Assembly: GCA_964620175.1 (NCBI GenBank)
Contig: CAZUIL010000004.1
Span: 1 to 57,529 of the forward strand
Source of the DNA: an uncultured Candidatus Saccharibacteria bacterium
GTDB taxonomy: Bacteria; Patescibacteriota; Saccharimonadia; Saccharimonadales; CAYZZS01
Reading direction: 5' to 3'
DNA: 57,529 bases
The notes under the pieces were generated by a model. That model had not been told where the DNA came from. It did not search any database and saw only the letters and a list, made by a program, of their open reading frames with translations. Below, one piece after another: positions 17,543 through 24,930 of the stretch (positions within the stretch are counted from its first letter, which is position 1; each line of letters opens with the position of its first letter). The position numbers and the translations under genes are program-made.

Positions 17543-18445
17543 ATGTTTAAGAAAAGGCAGCCGCAAACCCGACGTCCGGCACCAGCAGGCTCGAACCACC
17601 GCCGAGGGGTGTTCTCCTACTATGCCAGCCGTGAACGGAGCGAGGAACCAATTGGCAGGCAAACCGTCACTACAGCGGCGAGGCAAAAGCGGAGTGCCTG
17701 GTGGCGTCATGTCCCCACCTACATAGCCGCTGCGGCAATTGTAATCAGCATCGTGTATGTTACCAGCTTGCAAACAAATCCGAAGGTGACGCACTACGTT
17801 AACCCAAGCGAAAAACTGTATCTCCGTGACCTTAGTGTCTACCGGACGTTTGCCCAAGCTTTGCTGGAAGACTCTTTGCTCAACCGGAGCAAACTCACCA
17901 TCAATACCCAGGTGATTACTGACAAGATACGCCAGCAGTTTCCTGAGCTGTCAACCGTTAAGCTAACGCTACCGTTTTTTGGCCGGCGTCCGATCCTCGA
18001 GATCGAGCCGGCGGTGCCCCGGCTGTTGCTGGTCAACAATAGCGGCGCATTCGTCCTTGATGGTGATGGCCGGGCGATTATCAACGCTAAAGACGCGCCA
18101 GGCTTAAGCGCCTATAGCCTCCCCAGCGTTACCGATGAAGTGGGTACCAATGTAGAGCTTGGACACGGGGCGCTGCCAAAGGATAACGTTACGTTTATCT
18201 TGGCGTTGCTGGAGCACCTGAAAACCAAAGGGTTAACTGTAGAATCCCTTGTGTTACCGGCCATAGCCAATGAGGTCCATGTCCGTATTACTGGCCTTCC
18301 GTATAGCATCAAATTCTTTACGGAGGGGGATGCAAGGCAGCAGGCCGGTACCTTCTTTGCCGTTAAAGAGCGTCTGGAAGGCGAAGGCAGCATCCCTGGT
18401 GAGTACATTGACGTTAGGGTAGAGGAGAAAGCTTACTACCGGTAA
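17543..18445 (+). CDS. ftsQ: FtsQ/DivIB-like cell division protein
   Basis: Basic N-terminus, one TM, and an extracytoplasmic POTRA-like region (ILEIEPAVPRLLLVNNSGAFVLDGDG). It is the last position of the dcw cluster. Confidence 0.55.
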   Translation: MFKKRQPQTRRPAPAGSNHRRGVFSYYASRERSEEPIGRQTVTTAARQKRSAWWRHVPTYIAAAAIVISIVYVTSLQTNPKVTHYVNPSEKLYLRDLSVYRTFAQALLEDSLLNRSKLTINTQVITDKIRQQFPELSTVKLTLPFFGRRPILEIEPAVPRLLLVNNSGAFVLDGDGRAIINAKDAPGLSAYSLPSVTDEVGTNVELGHGALPKDNVTFILALLEHLKTKGLTVESLVLPAIANEVHVRITGLPYSIKFFTEGDARQQAGTFFAVKERLEGEGSIPGEYIDVRVEEKAYYR

Positions 18446-18722
18446 GGCAAACTTTTGGCGTGCCTATCACTGCTAGATAAGCACGGCGTACTATAACTTA
18501 TGCCGAGCTTATTCAAGCAGCCAAAACCCCTCTCGCTCTCCTCTACTAGTTCGTATTTTGTTCATACCTTAGAATGCCGTAATTTGGTGAAAAACTATAC
18601 GATTATACATAAACAATCAAAAGTCAAATATAGCAAGGGCAGGAGGCTGCAATGGGAGAGACATATAAAAAACAATAGAACAGTACAAAAAGCAAGAAAT
18701 GCAAATATACACTTGTGGAAAA

Positions 18723-18741
18723 GTCGTGAAATGTCGTGAAA
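18723..18741 (+). repeat. tandem direct repeat GTCGTGAAA-T-GTCGTGAAA inside a 740-nt AT-rich non-coding gap
   Basis: Read directly from the sequence at 18723-18731 and 18733-18741. Confidence 0.9.
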
Positions 18742-19184
18742 ATAAAAGCAGCAGTTAAGCTGGCATATGAGCCCAGGAGCTTAAAAGAGCATATTGGTAA
18801 ACTACAAAGCGCCATGGCCAAAGGCTGTAAATTAATACGATGCATGCCTGGAAAGCGCAGCACACAGCTCAACCATTAGATGCTGCATTTCTTCCCTCTA
18901 GCAGGAGGTATCATAAGACCTGGCCAACCATAAAGGTAAAGACGCAAAATATACATTGTACGACACAATGTCGCATGCTCGTGCACTACTGCTTGGATGC
19001 CCCTCACATTTTATTTTCCAGCTATATGCACTTTAAATTTTTGTCGTTTGCCCTGCTCAGACTATAAATACGTCGTACTGACACTATTTGCTGCTGGTAG
19101 CCTATTTACTAACTGTAATAACAATGTTCGCAAAATGTACATTACCGGCCATAGCCGCTAAATTAGTTGATGACCCCGCTACGG

Positions 19185-20222
19185 CTATTCAGCAAGTGTG
19201 TAAGTGGCTTTGGCAACGCGCTTGAACTGCGGCTTGCCCTGGAGATTTAACAGAATGGTAGTCTCCTTCACTTGCCTGCTCTTCAGCACACGCTTAACGA
19301 TCTCGTCACGGTGCAGCGGCTCGCCGGCTTTCCGAAGGACTTCTGCGATTACGTCGGCGACAGTGCCTTTTTCAAAGCCCCACTCCTTCAATGCATAAAT
19401 GCCACGTCCGATTAACACGAAGCGCTTGTCCTTGATAAGCTCATTGTGGATGGCTTGGGTGGTAACATCCTTGCGCTTAAAGTTAGACGCCTTAATCGCC
19501 TTAGCAATCTCGTTGAAGTGCATCGGCTTGCCGTTTTCGTGCAAAATAACGTAGATTTTGTCACGGATGTTCTTGGGGTTGACCATTGGCCATTTTACGA
19601 GCCCCCAGCGGCCGTTAAGGGATGCCAGCTTCTTGGAGGTACTGGCAAGGGCTTTGGCGTGTCTTGGGTCGTCCATTTTTGCCTCAGCAGCGATTTTTTC
19701 GATCCGTGACGGCTCACCGATTTTCTTTACGGCGGCGGTTATCTTTTCGACCTGCGCCTTCATTGCCTTTTCGTCATGGAGGGCCGCCAACCCGGCGCTA
19801 TGGTAGTAATCATCATGCTCATCGATGACGGCCAGCTTTGGGCACAACTGGGCAAGAAAAGATACACGCGCCTGGTCGGTACGAGTGTTCTCTTCAGTGA
19901 GGCGGGCGGAAAGGTCGGCAATCCTTGCAGCTCCCCCCATTTCCCTTAAAGTGTCAACGAATTGGCTTTGAAACTCATCAATATGCGGCAGGTTGCTGTC
20001 GGCAGCTGCTTTCAGGCGGGCGATGACTGCTTTCTCCAGCTGTCGCACCCGTTCCCTGGTAATACCAAGCAATTCCCCTATTTGCTCAAGCGTTTCCCTT
20101 CTGTCAAAGAGTCCAAAACGACGGGCAACGATTTCCCGCTCCCGTTCCCTATCGATTGTCGCCAGTATATCTTGGATAATTTTTTCGATGTCCACCTCTT
20201 TGGTCGTTGCTGTGCTCGGCAT
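19185..20222 (-). CDS. sigma-70 region-4-like HTH protein with C-terminal winged-helix (HARE-HTH-like) repeats
   Basis: The N-terminus REREIVARRFGL....TLEQIGELLGITRERVRQLEKAVIARLK is a classic sigma region 4.2. The C-terminal half carries two similar modules (IYVILHENGKPMHFNEIAKAI and VADVIAEVLRKAGEPLHRDEIVKRVL). Sigma regions 1 to 3 are absent. Confidence 0.5.
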   Translation of the reverse strand: MPSTATTKEVDIEKIIQDILATIDREREREIVARRFGLFDRRETLEQIGELLGITRERVRQLEKAVIARLKAAADSNLPHIDEFQSQFVDTLREMGGAARIADLSARLTEENTRTDQARVSFLAQLCPKLAVIDEHDDYYHSAGLAALHDEKAMKAQVEKITAAVKKIGEPSRIEKIAAEAKMDDPRHAKALASTSKKLASLNGRWGLVKWPMVNPKNIRDKIYVILHENGKPMHFNEIAKAIKASNFKRKDVTTQAIHNELIKDKRFVLIGRGIYALKEWGFEKGTVADVIAEVLRKAGEPLHRDEIVKRVLKSRQVKETTILLNLQGKPQFKRVAKATYTLAE

Positions 20223-20264
20223 TTCGCGTCTTTCCCTATCTGATAGCTCGGTGTTTATTGCTTA

Positions 20265-20293
20265 ATTATAAAACCAATACCCCTAAAAGTCAA
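20265..20293 (-). promoter_or_regulatory. near-consensus sigma-70 promoter for the 19185..20222 gene
   Basis: On the minus strand, TTGACT (20293-20288), a 17-nt spacer and TATAAT (20270-20265). A second extended -10 (TGCTAAAAT, 20322-20314) lies upstream. Confidence 0.55.
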
Positions 20294-20496
20294 TACCTCT
20301 TTGTTTTATGATTATTTTAGCACGAAATGGACTCTTTCGCGCATAGGATGTGTAGCAATACTATTATCTCATCTATAAGACCTGTGGAAAAACTTATGGT
20401 TTTATGACTTTACAGCATGCAGCGCACTGCTGTAGTGCGTACTAAAGGCCGGTGGCCGACCAATTAGTAGGTATGAAGGTTTTAGCTCTTGCGGGT

Positions 20497-22788
20497 TTAC
20501 GACGTACGGCGGCGTGAAAACCGTTTCTTAGCCGGGGCGTTTTTGAGCAGCTCGACGCATTCCTCTTCACTGAGGTCAGCCGGTTTTTTGTCGTCCGGAA
20601 TTTTGGCATTCTTCTTACCGTCGGTGACGTACGGTCCATACGGCCCGTTGACAACCTTTATGCCGCTGTCGAACTCTTTAATGTACTTATCGGCATCCTT
20701 TTTAAGCTTTTCCGCATATAGCTTTCTCGCTTCCGTCTCAGTAATATGCAACGGGTCACGCGGCTTGATCGAGACAAAGGTCTTGCCCACCTGGATGTAT
20801 GGCCCAAAGCGCCCGATGTTCGCGGTGATAGCCTGGCCGTCTTTTGTTTCGCCGACGTGCCGTGGCAGTTTAAACATTTCCAGGGCGTCATCTAACGTGA
20901 CATTATCAAGCGATTTTCCCTCGGGCAGCGGGGCAAACTTTGGCTTCTCCTCGTCCTCTGCTTCGCCTATTTGCAGCATGGGTCCGTACCGGCCGTAGCG
21001 GGCGATGACCGGCTTTTTGGATGTAGGATCCGTGCCCAGGACCCTCGCCTGTGATGTCTCCTGGCGGCTGATGTGCTCGGATTGCTCAATGAGCGGATGG
21101 AAACCCTTGTAGAAATCCTTGAGCATACTTACCCAGTCTTGTTTCCCATCGGCGATTTCATCGAAATCTTCTTCTACTTTGGCGGTAAAGTCGTAGTCAA
21201 CGATATCGGAGAAATTGTTGACCAAAAAATCCGTTGTAATCTCGGCGAGGTACGTCGGGATGAGCTTGCCGCGGTCAGCGCCGGTAATCTCTGTCGTCTT
21301 TTCTTCGGATACCTTGCCGTTCTTTAGCAGCAAGGTGGTGACCTCGCGCTCAGTACCCTCGGTATCACTCTTCTCGACGTACTTGCGGGTTTGGATAGTA
21401 CTGATAGTCGGCGCATACGTGCTGGGGCGGCCGATGCCAAGCTCCTCGAGCTTCTTTACCAAGCTGGCTTCAGAGTAGCGGGCGGGTGGTCGGCTAAACG
21501 TTTCTGTAGCTTGCGCTGACTGTAAGCTGAGCTTCTGGCCAGCGGTAAGCGGCGGCAGGATCGTATCGTCCTTGCCACCGCCGTATACTTTGAAAAAGCC
21601 GTCGAATAGCAGTATTTCACCTTTGGCAATAAACGGGCGCCGTGACGTGGCGCCGGCAATAGTTACTTCGGTGCGGTCAATTTCTGCAGCCGCCATCTGG
21701 CTTGCGATTGCCCGGCGCCAGATAAGCTCATACAGCTTCTTTTGCTGGTTGTCTGCACCTGCCGAAAGCTTAGCGAAGTCCGTTGGCCTGATTGCTTCAT
21801 GGGCCTCTTGGGCGCCGGCGCTTTTCGTCCGGTATTGGCGTTGGTGGTGGTACTTGTCGCCGAACTCCCGCCGGATGTAGGCTGAGGCAGCTGCTAACGC
21901 CGTGGCAGAGAGCGTGGTACTGTCAGTTCTCATGTAGGTGATATGGCCGTTCTCGTACAATCGTTGGGCGAGCATCATGGTCTGCTTGACGCTAAAGCCT
22001 AATTTTCGGGCTGCCTCTTGCTGCAGGCTGCTGGTGGTGAACGGCGGCCCCGGATTGCGGGTGCCAGGCTTTTTATCAATCGCCTTGACGGTAAACGTGT
22101 CGCCTAGGCATGACTTCAGGAACGCTTGAGCGGCCTTTTTATCCTTAAGCTTCTCTGCGAGCTCGGCAGCTATGGCTTCTTTTCCGGCCATAAAGGTTGC
22201 CGATACTTTAAAGCTTGATTCAGGGGTAAAGTTCTTAATCTCGCGCTCACGCTCCACGATGAGCCGCACCGCGACTGATTGCACACGGCCGGCGCTCAGG
22301 CCGCCCTGCACTTTTTTCCATAATACAGGCGAAAGCTCGTAACCAACCAGGCGGTCCAGTATCCGACGAGCCTGCTGGGCATCAACCAGCTTTTTATCAA
22401 CTGTGCGGGGGTTCTCTACCGCGTGCTCGATGGCTGGCTTCGTAATCTCATGGAATACAATCCGCTTGGTTTTGTCGGGGTCCAGGTTAAGTGCCTCGCA
22501 GAGGTGCCAGGCGATAGCCTCTCCTTCCCGGTCTTCATCGCTGGCGAGCCAGACGGCGGCAGCTGATTTTGCAGCCCTTTGGAGTTCGCTGACCACCTTT
22601 TGCTTGTCGCTGCTAATCTCGTACGTCGGCTTAAAGCTGTGGGCAATATCTACTGATAGGCCTTTCTTTGGCAAATCACGGATATGGCCGAAGCTGCTTT
22701 TTACTACGTAGTCTTTACCCAAATACCTTTCAATTGTTTTCGCTTTTGCCGGCGATTCGACAATTACCAGCTGTTTTTTTGAAGCCAT
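20497..22788 (-). CDS. topA: DNA topoisomerase I
   Basis: Toprim N-terminus (LVIVESPAKAKTI), the Topo IA core and active-site Tyr region (ITYMRTDS). The C-terminal repeats are Cys-less (RYGPMLQ, RFGPYIQ, PYGPYVT) rather than zinc ribbons. Confidence 0.95.
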   Translation of the reverse strand: MASKKQLVIVESPAKAKTIERYLGKDYVVKSSFGHIRDLPKKGLSVDIAHSFKPTYEISSDKQKVVSELQRAAKSAAAVWLASDEDREGEAIAWHLCEALNLDPDKTKRIVFHEITKPAIEHAVENPRTVDKKLVDAQQARRILDRLVGYELSPVLWKKVQGGLSAGRVQSVAVRLIVEREREIKNFTPESSFKVSATFMAGKEAIAAELAEKLKDKKAAQAFLKSCLGDTFTVKAIDKKPGTRNPGPPFTTSSLQQEAARKLGFSVKQTMMLAQRLYENGHITYMRTDSTTLSATALAAASAYIRREFGDKYHHQRQYRTKSAGAQEAHEAIRPTDFAKLSAGADNQQKKLYELIWRRAIASQMAAAEIDRTEVTIAGATSRRPFIAKGEILLFDGFFKVYGGGKDDTILPPLTAGQKLSLQSAQATETFSRPPARYSEASLVKKLEELGIGRPSTYAPTISTIQTRKYVEKSDTEGTEREVTTLLLKNGKVSEEKTTEITGADRGKLIPTYLAEITTDFLVNNFSDIVDYDFTAKVEEDFDEIADGKQDWVSMLKDFYKGFHPLIEQSEHISRQETSQARVLGTDPTSKKPVIARYGRYGPMLQIGEAEDEEKPKFAPLPEGKSLDNVTLDDALEMFKLPRHVGETKDGQAITANIGRFGPYIQVGKTFVSIKPRDPLHITETEARKLYAEKLKKDADKYIKEFDSGIKVVNGPYGPYVTDGKKNAKIPDDKKPADLSEEECVELLKNAPAKKRFSRRRTS

Positions 22789-22899
22789 GTACGCCTAGTA
22801 TACCTTATGCTTATTATATGGTTGCTGCATTACGACAGGCGTAAGCCTACTGGACTGGAGCAATAAAATCAAATGTTTATTACGAACTACGGCGTAAAA

Positions 22900-23760
22900 C
22901 TAGCGGATCAGTGACCACTGGCCACCGAGGCTCTTAATGCGGCCGTTAATTTCGAGCATCGTAAGGGCTTGGTTAAACGTCTCGGGTGACAAGCTGCTTT
23001 CATGCAGCAAAAGGTCGGTTGTTGCGACCCCACTTTGAATGAGCTCTAGGATAGCCAATTCTTCTGGTGTGTCAGCATACAGGGTGTTGGCGGATGCAGT
23101 CTCCTGCGCGATGCCCCAGGCATTTAGTATGTCCCGGGCCTCAGTAACCGGTATGGCACCCTGCTTAATCAGGTTGTTTGTACCTTCTGAGCTGGCGTTC
23201 GTAATATTGCCTGGCACGGCGAAAACATCCTTGCCCTGGTTAAGGGCAAAGTTAGCGGTATGCATCGTTCCGCTCTTGGCGGCGGCTTCAGTGATTAGCA
23301 CCCCTTTTGCCAGACCGGATACGATCCGGTTTCGGGCAATAAAATGCTGCCTTAGCGGCGGCGTGCCGGCCGGGTATTCGCTGACAAGCGCTCCACCTTG
23401 CCGCACTATTGTTTCGGCAAGCCCCCTGTGCGCGCTTGGGTATATGGCATCTAGGCCGGCCGGTAGCACGGCAATGGTCGCGCCAGCCGATTCAAGCGCC
23501 GCCTGGTGGGCGGCAGCATCAACGCCGTATGCCAAGCCGCTGGCTATTACTATGCCTTTGGTTGCCAGGCTGCGGACAATATCGTAGGTGACCGCTTTAC
23601 CATATGGAGTAATGCGGCGGCTGCCGACTACAGCGAGTACTGGCTGTGACAAGAGGCGTTCCAGGTCGCCGATAACAAACAGCTCTTTCGGCGGCTGCGG
23701 TATTAGGGTAAGTGTTTGGGGGATGGTTCCCCTATCAAGCGTAAGCTTATTGATTTTCAT
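22900..23760 (-). CDS. dprA: DNA-processing protein DprA
   Basis: Rossmann-like DprA core (VVGSRR.T.YG......L...LA..G..I.SGLA.G.DA.AH) and a C-terminal winged helix. Confidence 0.9.
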   Translation of the reverse strand: MKINKLTLDRGTIPQTLTLIPQPPKELFVIGDLERLLSQPVLAVVGSRRITPYGKAVTYDIVRSLATKGIVIASGLAYGVDAAAHQAALESAGATIAVLPAGLDAIYPSAHRGLAETIVRQGGALVSEYPAGTPPLRQHFIARNRIVSGLAKGVLITEAAAKSGTMHTANFALNQGKDVFAVPGNITNASSEGTNNLIKQGAIPVTEARDILNAWGIAQETASANTLYADTPEELAILELIQSGVATTDLLLHESSLSPETFNQALTMLEINGRIKSLGGQWSLIR

Positions 23761-23779
23761 GCAATAATGTTAATTAGTA

Positions 23780-23808
23780 TTGACACAAAAGCATATTTTT
23801 GCTAAAAT
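23780..23808 (+). promoter_or_regulatory. near-consensus promoter with extended -10
   Basis: TTGACA (23780-23785), a 17-nt spacer and TG-c-TAAAAT (23800-23808). It points away from dprA into the non-coding gap. Confidence 0.6.
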
Positions 23809-23811
23809 CGC

Positions 23812-24252
23812 AACTTGTAAGTCCGCCAGAGGTGGAACTTACGTACCTTATACCCCCAATTCTAACTATGGATCCGCAGCTGGGCAATGGCCCCTTGCGT
23901 CCATTCCCTAGTTGCGGACCCACAAGGTTAGACTGTTTTAGAGCGTGCTACACAAGTTGTTACCCTCCACTTGTACAGCACTTTTCGCTTCCAGCGGATA
24001 ATAAGCGCTCTAAAACAACAGACTCGTCAGGATATCGTTTGCCGGTATCGTGGCTGGTCTGTTCCCTTTAACCCCGCATTCCCCCCTCGTTGTAGTTGAG
24101 TGGCGGTGATATGACGGTAATACCTATGAGTGGGCCCGGCAGCTGCCGGGAGGCCTTCAAGGTGGGTTGAAGGGTGCAATATAGGCTCAAGACAGCTTGA
24201 GCCTGAAAATGAGCTTCCAGCGGTGCCCACCCCCTCTGGAGGCTCTTTTTTT
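23812..24252 (+). ncRNA. candidate structured non-coding RNA of unknown family (~440 nt); strand tentative
   Basis: The 490-nt gap between pth and dprA has no plausible ORF and is bounded by a strong promoter and an intrinsic terminator on the plus strand. It is packed with helices, including a 12-bp perfect stem (23934-23945/24006-24017) and hairpins at 24135-24150, 24154-24173 and 24184-24203. Details are in the findings. Confidence 0.5.
24211..24252 (+). terminator. intrinsic terminator (also serves convergent pth)
   Basis: GAGCTTCCAG (24211-24220) pairs with CTGGAGGCTC (24236-24245) in a 10-bp stem that includes one U-G pair on the plus strand, followed by T7 (24246-24252). The pth stop codon overlaps the T-run. 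Confidence 0.7.
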
Positions 24253-24892
24253 ATGTGATAAAGCTGCGGGATTGGGCCGTAGTGGTCATATCACCATAGA
24301 TATATTCGGATAGCAGGGCGCTGGCTTCTCTGGTGAGCGCCTTGAGGTGCTGCTGTTCATCTTTGTTGAATTTTCCCAGTACGAAATCTGCGCCGTCGGC
24401 CTTCTCTGCCAGCTCGTTACGGATGCCGATACGAATGCGCTTAAAGTCACTGCCAATGGCTTCGATAATCGACAGGACGCCCTTGTGTCCGGCTGCGCCG
24501 CCGCCTGATTTACTGCGTAGTTCCCCAAAGGGTATATCCAGTTCGTCCTGGACAACGATGGTCTGCTGTGGAGGGATCTTATAAAACTGGCAAATTGCTG
24601 CCACTGCCCGACCGCTGAGATTCATATAGGTCGTGGGCTTGGCAAGTATGATCCGTACATTACCCATAAGTTGAGACGTGAGCTGTGCGCTGAAGTCCTT
24701 TTTTTCTGTCCATGCCGGAAACCCGTTCGCTTCAGCAAACGCATCCACGCAGGCAAAACCGACATTGTGCCGGGTACCAATGTACTTTTTCCCCTGGTTG
24801 CCAAGGCCTACTATCAGATAGGTCTGCTCTATGCCGAGCGTATATAGCGGTATGCTGCTGGAGACTTGCGGTTTCTTCTGGAACAATGCCAT
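24251..24892 (-). CDS. pth: peptidyl-tRNA hydrolase
   Basis: LIVGLGNQGKKYIGTRHNVGF and the rest of the Pth fold motifs, with a ~25-aa N-terminal extension. Confidence 0.9.
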   Translation of the reverse strand: MALFQKKPQVSSSIPLYTLGIEQTYLIVGLGNQGKKYIGTRHNVGFACVDAFAEANGFPAWTEKKDFSAQLTSQLMGNVRIILAKPTTYMNLSGRAVAAICQFYKIPPQQTIVVQDELDIPFGELRSKSGGGAAGHKGVLSIIEAIGSDFKRIRIGIRNELAEKADGADFVLGKFNKDEQQHLKALTREASALLSEYIYGDMTTTAQSRSFIT

Positions 24893-24930
24893 GGGACAAG
24901 TATTGAGTATTACCGGTAATGTGGCAAGTG

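Noticed and set aside
18953-18971. Inverted repeat ACATTGT-N5-ACAATGT, or the nearby TATACGATTATACATAAAC, as a dif/Xer site at the convergent strand switch
   Set aside because: Neither matches the ..ATAA-N6-TTAT.. core architecture of known dif sites well. Without whole-contig GC skew there is no support for a terminus here.
23934-24017. GTTTTAGAGCG and its complement CGCTCTAAAAC resemble the start of type II-A CRISPR repeats and the sgRNA scaffold
   Set aside because: There is only one copy of each, in inverted orientation, and they form an intramolecular helix. There is no repeat-spacer periodicity and no cas, tnpB or iscB gene in the window. The resemblance is limited to about 10 nt.
23799-24071. 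90-aa plus-strand ORF inside the pth-dprA gap
   Set aside because: It has a non-ATG start directly at the -10 box and no SD sequence. Its composition is Pro/Cys/Leu-rich and non-protein-like. The region is better explained by RNA helices.
23812-24252. The structured locus as RNase P RNA, tmRNA, SRP RNA or 6S RNA
   Set aside because: On neither strand could I find GAGGAAAGUCC / ACAGAA..GGCUUA (RNase P), a GGUUCGAnUCC T-arm with a GGGG...CCACCA acceptor (tmRNA), or the GGAAGG.AGCA helix-8 motif (SRP). The size and shape do not fit 6S. This is eye-matching only, and cmscan is still needed.
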